Shown here piece by piece: positions 1 through 10,189 of a DNA stretch of 34,458 nt. Position numbers and translations under genes: made by a program. The notes under the pieces are model-generated. The model worked only from the letters and a program-made list of their open reading frames with translations, did not search any database and was not told where the DNA came from. The DNA comes from Octopus sinensis. Its lineage: Eukaryota. How positions within the stretch are numbered: the stretch's first letter is position 1; each line of letters opens with the position of its first letter. The stretch spans positions 1 through 34,458 of the forward strand of contig NW_021831680.1 in assembly GCF_006345805.1 (NCBI RefSeq), read 5' to 3'.

Positions 1-47
1 TATTCTAAATATACAATATTTGTACATCACTTCAAAAACTCTGTCCC

Positions 48-48
48 T

Positions 49-109
<61 letters not shown>

Positions 110-117
110 ATACATAC

Positions 118-176
<59 letters not shown>

Positions 177-187
177 ACACACACACA
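48..187. repeat. Compound microsatellite (C)n-(CT)n-(TA)n/(TACA)n
   Basis: Read directly; accounts for ORF 32..226. Confidence 0.95.
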
Positions 188-458
188 TAAGGGTAGCATA
201 TTAAAAGTGGTTCGTGGGAACCTCATTTCAATTAAGGGTTGAGAACTACTTGTATAGATGCTGCCTCGTTGTTCTCTCTGCTCGTGTCAGCTCTGTTTAA
301 GAAACCTAAAACAGAAATATCCAGATGTGACACTTATGGCTGCACACAGTTCTAATAAATCAACCAACTTTCTGGATTGTCGTTTGATTTGATCAAAGAC
401 TTCTGGATGGGACTGGAAATGGAGATGTTGGCAGTCAGCAGTTTTTTTAGAAGAGGGC

Positions 459-720
459 GATGGTGATGAGGAGGAAGAGAAAGGAGGGGAGGAAGAGTAG
501 CTCAAAGAGGAGGCGAAGAGAAGGGGAGAGTAAGACAATGATGATGTGGATATTGATGATGATAACGATGGTAATGATCGTATTGAGGACGACGAGAACG
601 ACAACAACGATGGTGTTGATGATGATCGCGCGATGAAAATGACGACACTGATGATGATGATGATGATGTTAGTGGTGGTGGTGGTGGTGGTGGTGGCAGT
701 TGCGGCGGTGGTATTTTATG
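459..720. repeat. Degenerate GAG/GAT/GGT trinucleotide low-complexity tract
   Basis: Runs of gat and ggt; accounts for the poly-D/M/V/P/H ORFs at 502..806. Confidence 0.85.
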
Positions 721-1057
721 TGGTATGCTGCCTGTACTGTGTGTTGAAGGCATCAAAGAGAGCACTAAATGTCAAACTAAGAAGGAAAGCGATATTGGCA
801 TTGTGAGAGAGAATGGGACAGAGAGAGAGAGAGAGAGAAAGACAAAAACAATCAGAAACTGAGTAACAGAAAGAGAGAGAGAGGGAGAAGATGACGCAAA
901 AGAGAAAATGGAAGACACATGATTGAAACTTTCAAAAGAGAAGGGCACACACACATAGACACACGCATGCACACTTATAAGAACAGAAAAATTAACGGTG
1001 AAATTTCGGAGTTACTATACTGAAATGTAGTAAGCGATCTTTCAGTTATTGTTTGAT

Positions 1058-1150
1058 GTCGACGGAATTTGAATTCAGAACGAAAAGACTGACGAAATGC
1101 TGCTAAGCGTTTTGCCTGACTTGCTAACGATTCTACCAGCTCGTCGCCTT
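1058..1150 (-). mobile_element. SINE family C, 5' fragment
   Basis: Reverse complement reads aaggcgacgagctggtagaatcgttagcaag...ctgaattcaaattccgtcgac, matching the head of the copies at 9934, 21410 and 25252. Confidence 0.75.
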
Positions 1151-1191
1151 TATTCAGTATGTTATTGACTAGTGGTTGCCTTCGTTTTATA

Positions 1192-1626
1192 GAGTGGCTG
1201 TGTGGTAAGCAGCTTGCTTACCAACCACATGGTTCCAGATTCAGTCCTACTGCGTGGCAACCTTGGGCGAGTGTTTTTCTGCTATAGCCTCGGCCGACCA
1301 ATGCCTTTGAGGTATTTGGGTAGACGGAAACTGAAAGAAGCCCGTCGTATATATAATATATATATATATATTATATATATGTATGTATATATGTATGTGT
1401 GTGTATATGTTTTGTGTGTCTATGTTTCCCCCCCCCCAACATCGCTTGACAACCGATGCTGGTGTGTTTACGTCCCCGTAACATAGCGGTTCGGCAAAAA
1501 AGACCGATAGAATAAGTACTGGCTTAAAAAGAATAAGTCCTAGGGGTTGATTTGCTCGATCGACTACAGGCGGTGCTTCAGCATGGCCGCAGTCAAATGA
1601 CTGAAACAAGTAAAAGAGTAAAAGAG
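1192..1626 (+). mobile_element. SINE family A, near full length (tRNA-derived head, CORE-like segment, internal TA/TG microsatellite, 3' tail)
   Basis: Head gtggctgtgtggtaagc...ttccagattcagtcc; CORE-like caaccttgggcgagtgtttttctgctatagcc; tail gcatggccgcagtcaaatgactgaaacaagtaaaaga recurs at 12661 (minus) and 29370. Confidence 0.85.
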
Positions 1627-2138
1627 AGTATCTCTATCCGTTTGTCTCATTATCTATCATTCATGCGTGTGTGTGTGTGTATTTATATAGAGCCTAAAAA
1701 CTACAAAATGCTAAGAAAAAACATAGTTCCATAACCCGACAGGTGTTTCAGGAATCTCGGAAAACCGTATTTGTCGTAATGTTCATAATTTGCGGAGGGA
1801 ACGTGCAGAAAGGCCTTAGTTACACAAAGTTATTGCTATAAGTCCAGCTCAACTGAAAATTGGCAAAAACGTACGGACCCTGATAGACCGAAACCTCTTA
1901 AAATCCGCACTAATTAACGTGTATGAACTTCAAAGTCCCGCAGCCACTTGTTTTGTTTATCGGTACCTTGCACAGACTAGTACTTTGCACAGTACAATAT
2001 TAACAAACTTGTATCATTTATTCTAATGTATAGGTCCTTCTATTTCGTTTCATTATGTTAGAAAAATTGATATTTGTTTAATTTAGAGTGTGTTGAACAA
2101 AGTAATCACCCCTCTTTCAGAAGAATTAATAATTTGGC

Positions 2139-2212
2139 ACTTCTTCTTTCGGTTCTTTACTGAAGTACTAAGTTATGGGGACGTAAACCAAGCCAACACC
2201 GCTTTAGAAGTG
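2139..2212 (-). mobile_element. SINE family A internal fragment
   Basis: ctaagttatggggacgtaaac is close to the reverse complement of gtttacgtccccgtaacatag in the 1192 copy. Confidence 0.5.
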
Positions 2213-2335
2213 ACACTGAGAAGCAAACTCTAATGCAATGACACGCATATATTGATGTGTGTGTGTGTTTGTGTGTGTGCGTGCGTCCGTGCGTGTATGT
2301 ACGTATATGTATATCTGTGTGTATGCATATATATG

Positions 2336-2336
<1 letters not shown>

Positions 2337-2408
<72 letters not shown>
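2337..2408. repeat. (AGAT)18 tetranucleotide microsatellite
   Basis: Perfect run, counted from the sequence. Confidence 0.97.
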
Positions 2409-2409
<1 letters not shown>

Positions 2410-2959
2410 TTAAAAATGTGGAATAGGCATGGGTGGAATGTCTTTCATAGAACTGCTGTATGAGAGAAGAATCATGGTTAAAGCAACAACATTATATCTT
2501 TTTTAAAAGAGAGAGGAATATTATCGAAATGTCGAAAAAATGTCGCTGCGAAAATAACTTTAGTGAAGTGAATTGTATGGACGTCATTGCAATGACGATA
2601 AAGAATCCTTGGTTGCTGCAAGTAATGGCGGTTTATAACTACATATTCCACTAAAAGGAAGAAATTATAGCTACTTTATTCCATTGAGTATGTCTGATTT
2701 TTGCTGTAGTACAATTTTACGTACACACACTTATACACGCAGAAATACATACAGAAACATATATATAAAAATACATACACATGCGAAGGCATACAAACAC
2801 AAAATGAAAGATAAACAGACGATTCAAGATTTATGGGACACTTACATCTTCTAAAGTCTTCCCAACAAACACACATTCACACATACAAACATGCACGCGT
2901 ACACAGACATATACAGATATACACATGTACATATCTGAAGATATTCGTTGATATCATGG

Positions 2960-3152
2960 CAATATATCAATACATATTATATATACATCAATATCTATGT
3001 ACACACACACACATAGAGAGAGAGAGAGAAAGCGAGAGTAATACATGTATATATATGTATATATATATACACATGTAAGATATATATGTATATATGTATA
3101 TATAAATGCATATATATACATATATATGTGTGTGTAGATATATGTATATTTG

Positions 3153-3219
<67 letters not shown>

Positions 3220-3400
3220 GTATATATATATATATATATTTATTTATTTATATATATATATACACACACACATGCATGCATATGAGAACATATACTATAC
3301 ATTTAATTATATATAATACATAAGTATATATAGCAACACACACACACACTCGCGCTCTCTCTCTCTCTCTCCCTCTCTTTCTCTCTTAAATATATATTTA
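2960..3400. repeat. Compound (TA)/(CA)/(GA)/(CT) microsatellite field
   Basis: Read directly. Confidence 0.9.
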
Positions 3401-3968
3401 CAAGCATAAAAAATTGTGCATCGTATTGCATAATTCTTTGTAGGTATAGACAGGCTGATCAACCACAAGATTTATAACCTGATATAAACCAGTTATCAAG
3501 ATGTACATATACGCCATTTTTCCTTCCAATTCAAACACCCGAACGAAAGTGAAGAAGAAAAAGTCGAAACAAAAAAAGCGGAGAAAACGTATAAAATGAG
3601 AAACATAATGAAATAAGAAAATCTAGTATTTGTTACTTATCGTATGTTATTCAAATTCTTTTACTGAAGAGTTTTATGTCACCCGGAAACTTTCAATATA
3701 ACATTGTATGTTTGAATACCAAAATATGGGAAATATAATTCTAGTATCTGTTGCTTTATTGATTACACTGAAATATGCAGTAGAAATATTCTGAGTTCTT
3801 GTGCTTTATTTATTCATTGAAAGCAGACGACAGGAAAATTTGAATATTGCGCAGTATATACATAGAATAATTAGTTTTAAGTATAAACATGAATATACAC
3901 ATATATGTATGGTGTATGTATATATATATTGTAAAAAAACTTATAAGCGCCGCGTGTGTCGGAATCTA

Positions 3969-4142
3969 CAGGAAATAAAGGAATTCGCGAACGCAAGAAA
4001 GCTATGAAGACAACTTAGAGAATCGGGGGAAATGCCTTTAAGAAGACGAAAGAAAGTGGCCAGGAAACCTCGTTAGGGAATCGAACCCTGCACCGCTCAG
4101 TTCTCACAGATTTCCTGCTTTTGCGAATTCCTTTATTTTCTG
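3969..4142. mobile_element. Tc1/mariner-type MITE, 174 bp
   Basis: TIRs caggaaataaaggaattcgc (3969-3988) and gcgaattcctttattttctg (4123-4142) match 19/20 and extend imperfectly to about 50 bp; TA on both sides (3967-3968, 4143-4144). Confidence 0.8.
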
Positions 4143-4169
4143 TATGTGTGCGCGTATGTATAAAGGTGT

Positions 4170-4545
4170 GGAGGTGCAATGGCCCAGTGGTTAGGGCAGC
4201 GGACTCGCAGTCATAGGATTGCGGTTTCGATTCGCAGACTGTGCGTTGTGAGTGCTTATTGAGCGAAAACACTTAAAAGCTCCACGAGGCTCCGGCAGTG
4301 GGGAACGAACCCTGCTGTACTCTTTCACCACAACTTTCTCTCACTCTTTCTTCCCGTTTCTGTTGTACCTGCATTTCAAAGGGCTAGCCTTGTCACACTC
4401 TGTGTCACGCTGAATCTCCCTAGAACTACGTTAAGGGTACACGTGTCTATGGAGTGCTCAGTCAGTTGCACGTTAATTTTACGTGCAGGCTGTTCCGTTG
4501 ATTAGATCAACTGGAACCCTTGTCGTCATAACCGATGGAATGCAG
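4170..4545 (+). mobile_element. SINE family B, full length (tRNA-derived)
   Basis: A-box-like tggcccagtggttag and B-box-like gtttcgattc; the head recurs at 6093 and 12816. Confidence 0.85.
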
Positions 4546-4556
4546 TAGTTAATATA

Positions 4557-4783
4557 TAGGCGGTCTGATCAATAAGTATCCGTATTGTTGCCATAGTAAC
4601 GAAGCTAAAGCACGCAGAGTAAAGCTGCTTGGCATAGATTGACCTTCAACTTTGTTGTGCGTGCACACTAAGTTTTAACGTTCTAGCTCCTGCTGTTCAC
4701 ACAGTGTTTGGAAGGAAGGTGAGTAGCGTGTGACCGTCGCAGTGACAAAGAAAGTTGAGCAGAGAATCTGCATCAAATTTTGC
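4557..4783 (+). mobile_element. Mariner transposon 5' end with transposase N-terminal remnant
   Basis: 4742-4783 translates (V)TKKVEQRICIKFC, matching the EQRxxIKFC start typical of mariner transposases; about 185 bp of TIR/leader-like sequence precedes it. Confidence 0.7.
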
Positions 4784-4785
4784 AT

Positions 4786-5020
4786 AAGTTAAGTACCATT
4801 TATGCACTGGGGTCGATGTAATCGACTTAATCTCTTTGTCCGTCCTTGTTTGTCCCCTCTATGTTAAGCCCCTTGAGGGCAATAAAAAAAAGCAAGAATC
4901 GTTAGAATGCCGGCAAAAATGCTTAGCGTCATTTCGTCCATCTTTGCGCGGATGCTGAGTTAGCCTTTCATTCTTTTGAGGGTCGATAAAATAAGTGCCA
5001 GCTGAAAATACTGGTGCTTA
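4786..5020 (+). mobile_element. SINE family C: 3' half (tail type iii) followed by a second, internally deleted copy
   Basis: aagtaccatttatgcactggggtcgatgtaatcgactt...gcaataaa, then gaatcgttagaatgccggcaaaaatgcttagc...gggtcgataaaataagt. Confidence 0.75.
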
Positions 5021-5168
5021 TTCTATTGGCGGGGACAAACATAATACAAGCACAAAGACACACAAACAAATACATCGCAAACCTGTTATTTTCAGCATTT
5101 AAGAACTTTGCAATTTAATGTTATATCCACTTCTCATATAATTTGCTTTAAAGCACAATTCATACGTA

Positions 5169-5236
5169 GGACAAGATTCGAACCGATGAACCTTCAGCTT
5201 GTTGTTCAATACACCACCCATTCCACTATCCGGTGC
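5169..5236 (-). pseudogene. tRNA-like remnant (tRNA pseudogene or isolated SINE head)
   Basis: Minus strand gcaccggatagtggaatgg...ggttcgaatc has A- and B-box-like motifs at tRNA spacing; no complete cloverleaf or acceptor stem seen. Confidence 0.45.
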
Positions 5237-5409
5237 GTCTTCCAATCTGGTTTCCGGTATTTAATTAATTTGTTTCTGATGAGATAGCAATTGATTGAAC
5301 TAAAATTAGCTATTGAGCAGTGCACTAGAAACTGACATAATATAATTTAATATATATATGTAGGTAAAGTTGTGTTGCATCAGTTATTACATAACACTTG
5401 TAAACTATA

Positions 5410-5460
<51 letters not shown>

Positions 5461-5599
5461 CGAAATATGAAGGGTATATTGAGAGATGGTGTATCTATTG
5501 AGGGTTGCACTCTGCGGTTAGTGCTAAGCTATCAGCTTACCGTTCCACCTACCAACGCACCGTCTCAACCGGAATAATTATCACAAGAATAAGAACAAT

Positions 5600-5724
5600 A
5601 ATATCAACTATCATCACCGCCACTACTACTACTTCTTCTTCAACTATTACTATCACTACCACCAGCGCCACTAATACTACCACTGTTATCACTGCTGCTG
5701 CTGCTACTGCTGCTGCTGCTGCTA

Positions 5725-5756
<32 letters not shown>

Positions 5757-6090
5757 GCTGCTGGTACACAAAGAAAATCAATAGCTTACCCAGCAACAGC
5801 ATGAACAACAACAGTAACCGAGTCAAAGCATCATAACATCACTTGTAGCAGAAGCAACAGAAGCGACAACAACAATATCAACAAATAAACAGCTAACAAC
5901 AAGAGCAACAAGAACAACGGCAACAACAATAACGGCAGTAGCAATGAAACCAATTAGAATGGTAAACTCAACAGTAACAACAAGAGCAGCACAACAACCG
6001 TAGCAGCAACACTAACGGTGACCACAGTGATAAAAACTATTATAACATCATCCACCGCAGCATTTAGCGCAGCCAAGCAACCGCAGCAAC
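5600..6090. repeat. ACT/GCT/AAC trinucleotide low-complexity field
   Basis: (ctgctgcta)-type and aac runs; accounts for the poly-T/A ORF 5505..5804. Confidence 0.85.
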
Positions 6091-6092
6091 AG

Positions 6093-6175
6093 TGGAGGTG
6101 CAATGGCCCAGTGGTTAGGGCAGCGGACTGGCGGTCGTAAGAACGCAGTTTCGATTCCCAGACTGGGCATTGTGA
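6093..6175 (+). mobile_element. SINE family B head only
   Basis: Near identical to 4170-4250. Confidence 0.8.
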
Positions 6176-6183
6176 TTATAATA

Positions 6184-6405
6184 ATTCCTTCTACTATAAT
6201 CATAAGGTCATTGCTGTTCTGAAATTTGTACTAGTCGATCGCATCGACTCCAGTGTTCGACCAGTACTAATTTTATCAACTCCGATAGGATGAAAAGTAA
6301 AGTCGATCTCAGCAGAATTTGAACTGAACTCAGAAGGTGGAGTCCAGCAGAATGTCGCTAAGAATCTTGTCCAGCGTGCTTACGATTCTGCCAGCTGGCC
6401 ACCTT
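6184..6405 (-). mobile_element. SINE family C copy (tail type i)
   Basis: Ends acgattctgccagctggccacctt, the reverse complement of the family C head. Confidence 0.8.
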
Positions 6406-6424
6406 CTCAGTAATTATAATAATA

Positions 6425-6629
6425 ATCCTGTCTTCTAAAGGCACAAGGTCTGAAAGGGGGCAAGTCGATTATATCGACCCCAGTGTTACACTGGTACATA
6501 ATTTATCGAATACGAAAGGATGAAAGGCATAGTCGACCTCGGCGGAATTTAAACTCAGAACGTAAAGGCGGACAGAATGCTACTAAGCATTTTACCCGGC
6601 GTGCTAACGATTCTGCCACCTCGCCTCCT
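6425..6629 (-). mobile_element. SINE family C copy (tail type i)
   Basis: gtcgacctcggcggaatttaaactcagaacgtaaag...gtgctaacgattctgcc. Confidence 0.85.
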
Positions 6630-6644
6630 AGTAATTATAATAAT

Positions 6645-6778
6645 GATTTCAAATTTTGGCACAAAGCCAGGACGTTTAGAGGAGGGTGCAACCCAATTAC
6701 ATTGACCCCAGTACTCAACTGGTACTTATTTTATCGATCCTGAAAGGATGAAAGGCGAAGTTTACCTCGACGGAATTT
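6645..6778 (-). mobile_element. SINE family C copy, 5'-truncated (tail type ii)
   Basis: gatttcaaattttggcacaaagcc...ctggtacttattttatcgatcc...cggaattt. Confidence 0.8.
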
Positions 6779-6779
6779 A

Positions 6780-7371
6780 GTAATCATAATAATAATAATT
6801 ACCTCAATAATCGTTACTGTAACAACAATAACGTCTACCACGGTAGTTATAACATAAACCACAACAACCACAACAACCTCTACGATAGTAGTTGTAAAAA
6901 AATGACTACTACAACCACTACTACATTAACAATAACAACTGCTCCAACAACAATCACCACCGCAACTACATCCAGTACAGCTACTATTAATAGCACTAAT
7001 TACCACAGAAACTACATAAACAGCAATAACAACAACTACCATAGCAACCATTAACGACAAAAACTAATAACAACAACCACCATTAATAACAAACACAAAG
7101 ACTAGATTAATTAGCTGCCATCATTTTATACAGCTGCCATACTGATATTATTTGTACAGGCAATCCTATATGGAGCTTCGTGTTACTGAGGAATTTGTTG
7201 ATGGTGTTCTTGTTGTTTTTGCCATTGTTTTTGGAGAGTTGATGTTGGGTATCGGTGGGCCGTGTAGTTGGTGGTAGGGGTACTCTCGGTGGCGGTGTTG
7301 TTTTCTGGTGGAGGTGAGTTTGTTGTTTTTAGCGGTGGTGATTGCGCTAGTATTGTTGTTAGCGTTGTAGT

Positions 7372-7406
<35 letters not shown>

Positions 7407-7660
7407 AGGGTGTTGTGCTGGTGGCATGGATGTAGTAGTAGTTGTTGTTGTTGTTGATGGTGGTGTGATGGTGGTGGTGGTGGTGGTGGTGGCAGTGGGG
7501 GTAGCGGTGTCTTCCTTGCTGTTGTTGCTGTAGTTGTTGTTTTGTTGTAGTTTGTATTGCTACTGCTGTTGCTGATGTTGTTGTTGTTTTTGTTGCTGCT
7601 GCTGTTATTGTTGTTGAAGCTGTACGCTTTGTTATTGTTATTGTTGTTGTGGTCCCTCGT
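6780..7660. repeat. AAC/ACT then GTT/GCT/GGT trinucleotide low-complexity field
   Basis: Read directly; accounts for most of ORF 7183..7758. Confidence 0.85.
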
Positions 7661-7890
7661 GGAACTTGGGAGTTGAAAACTAAATCGATCAACACCAGCA
7701 GCAGCCGTCCAAGAATTTGGACCTGGAAATATCCATTTCCAGTGACTTCGAGGGCCACTTCCCAGTGATGTCGGGCATCAACAAAGAACCCTCGACTTCA
7801 ACAAGACGACCAAAGTTCTTTTCCAAGGTCTGGGGTCTCCCGCCCCTAAGCCCTAGACCATCACCTAATCACCCATACCCGTCTTGTTGC

Positions 7891-7928
7891 TTAACAACAA
7901 CAACAACAGCAACAACAGTAGTAGTAGT

Positions 7929-7999
<71 letters not shown>
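7891..7999. repeat. Compound (AAC)n-(AGT)n-(AGC)n-(AGT)n microsatellite
   Basis: Read directly. Confidence 0.95.
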
Positions 8000-8004
8000 A
8001 TCTA

Positions 8005-8342
8005 GTGAAGCTGCATGGCTCAGTTGTTAGAGCGTCGGGCTCACAATCAAGAGGTAGTGAGTTCGATTCCCTGACCGGGCTATGAGTTGTCTTCTTGAGC
8101 AAGACGCTTTACCTAACATTGCTCCAGTTCACTCAGCTGCAGAAACTAGTTGCGGCGTCACTGGTGCGAGCTGTATCGGCCTTTACCTTTTCCCCTGGAT
8201 AACATCAGTGGCGTGGAGGGGAGAGGCTGGTTGCGTGGGAAACAGCTGGTCTTCCATTAACAACCTTACTTGTGCCTAGGAGGGGGGCTCTCTAGGTGTA
8301 ATCCCATGGTCATTAATGGCCGAAGGAGGTTTTTACTCTTTA
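8005..8342 (+). mobile_element. SINE family D, full length (tRNA head, CORE-like segment, distinct tail)
   Basis: A-box tggctcagttgttag, B-box gagttcgattcc; body matches the reverse complement of 28111-28352. Confidence 0.85.
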
Positions 8343-8480
8343 GTAATCGATCCACACTCATTGCCTTGCATGGCATGTGTTTTGTTTGTTTGTTTGTTGC
8401 TGTAACTCCAGGTGAACACTGATCGAACTGACCGAAGACTTTCTATCACTGGCTATTCAACTTTTTCCCTCACTCTCATA

Positions 8481-8700
8481 TCTATTGTATAAAATCTTCT
8501 AGGATCTCAGGCATCCTCCATCCGATTGCGCTCAAATTTGATATGTAGATACCGACGGTATCAGGGCTTGAAAAAATTACAAAAATTGATTCCAGGTGAA
8601 AATGCGATCGATAAAGCCGTGAGTACGCGCAAGTACATCAGCTGTTGCCACTAGCTTTTCCATGCCCTTGAACTTCCCGTAAAGTAAGTTAGCTTAAAAT
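8481..8700 (+). mobile_element. Probable non-autonomous Helitron-like 5' fragment
   Basis: Begins A|TCTATTGTATAAAA, resembling the A|TCTATATATATAAAA start of the Helitron at 19116; no convincing 3' hairpin-CTAG|T end found. Confidence 0.35.
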
Positions 8701-9752
8701 TAGTTACTTAGTTCCCGAGGTTGTTGCTTTTCATAAAAAAATCGCCCCAAGGTGATTTCCTACATGTTTTATCGGATAAACTTATTGTCCCAGGTATATT
8801 CTCATAAATTCATCATGCTTTTCTATCTAGATTTACCTCCAGTTCATTTGCATGAACCGTTTTTGTCCTGCTTTTCTTCCGTCAACCTGTAATAACTGCA
8901 CCATTTCCATTTTTGTTTTGTTTTTGTACTGCTTAAAGGCACGTTTCTTTCCTGCCAAGCTTACTATTTAAACCATATTTGTGTTCTCCCAGTCTACAGC
9001 CTTATCATTACTGGTACTTTAATCTCTTCAGTTGCATATTTTTTGTGAATAAAATCGTTTTTCTTTGGAATAGAAAAAAAGCCTATCTTTATTTCATCTT
9101 TTGCTGGTGTCTCAAATTTAGGTTAAATCAGTATTTCTCAAAGGAGAGGCCTATGGGACGGTCGGGCAAGTTATTTTGAGAACATTTGGTTTAAATGTTT
9201 GACAACTCAGCACCGTCCATTGGATGAGGGGGGGGGCGTTTTGCTCGTACTATATATAGGACAATAACATCTAATGGGTCCTCTCTTCCTTAAGACCGTA
9301 AGGTGAGAGTCGAAGAACATTTGGCTGTTATTTTTCTCATTTTGCGTGATCACATAAACTCCTATCGACACCGAAAATTGCTATTGTTGTTTAGCCCTAG
9401 GTCGACCATCACTGAGTTAAACTATGATCAAAAGTATTCCAACCATGACAGTCATGTCTTTTTTCCCTTTTATTTTTCTATGTGCAAGAAATTTAGAAAT
9501 ACATTTTGGCCATTTGTTAAGATTGTGTAACGGTGGGGGTGAGAATTAAGAGAGATTTGGCTGCTATTTCTAGCAGATCAAGTAACCACGTAAAGGCTAT
9601 CTAACCCTATGTTAGCATCAATTCAGCACGCCTTTGATAACAGGTGTTCCAAACGTGACAAACGTATTCATTTTTTCAGTCATAGTGTACCTTGGACTAC
9701 GTTATCTCACATGTTCCTTCTTAAAGTGTAAGCTATTATTAAATGGTAAGAG

Positions 9753-9917
9753 AAGGTAGTGATGTTGGTAGAATCGTTAGCACGCCGGGTAAATTGCTTC
9801 GCGACATTTCGTTTGTATTATATAATGAGTTCAAATTTCGCCGAGGTCAACTGGAGCATCGGGGTCGATGTACTGCGCCGCCGAAATTGCTAGATTTATG
9901 AAAAAATTTGAAAGTGA
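9753..9917 (+). mobile_element. SINE family C copy, internally deleted
   Basis: tagaatcgttagcacgccggg...gagttcaaatttcgccgaggtcaac...ggggtcgatgt. Confidence 0.7.
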
Positions 9918-9933
9918 TATTTATAAGAGAAAA

Positions 9934-10147
9934 CAGCGAATTTGGCAGAATCGTTAGCACGCCGAATAAAATGCATAGCGGCTTCGCCGTCTACACGTTC
10001 CGAGTTCAAATGCCGCCGAGGTCGACTTTGCTTTTCTTTCTTTTAGAGATTGATAAAATAAGTACCACCAGTTGAGCACTGGAGTCGATGGAATTGACTA
10101 AACCCCCTCCTTCGAAATTACTGGCCTTGTGCCAAAATTTGAAATCA
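9934..10147 (+). mobile_element. SINE family C copy (tail type ii)
   Basis: ggcagaatcgttagcacgcc...gaggtcgactttgc...ggccttgtgccaaaatttgaaatca. Confidence 0.85.
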
Positions 10148-10189
10148 ATATTTATAAGTAAGAGAGACGGGCGGATCCTTCTTTCAACT

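Noticed and set aside
258-392. Plus-strand peptide ...LKQKYPDVTLMAAHSSNKSTNFLDCRLI with faint similarity to the Penelope RT xxFLD motif
   Set aside because: Only a 3-4 residue resemblance, with no upstream DD motif or downstream colinear motifs.
3664-3690. CTGAAGA...GAAAC hammerhead-like spacing
   Set aside because: The intervening sequence does not form stem II, and stems I and III are absent.
4170-4250. Functional tRNA genes at SINE heads (also 6093, 8005, 12816, 5169)
   Set aside because: A/B boxes are present, but there is no closed acceptor stem or terminator, and most continue into SINE bodies.
5505-5804. Poly-Thr/Ala ORF resembling a mucin or homeotic low-complexity region
   Set aside because: Entirely within a trinucleotide SSR field, with no splice signals or complex coding sequence.
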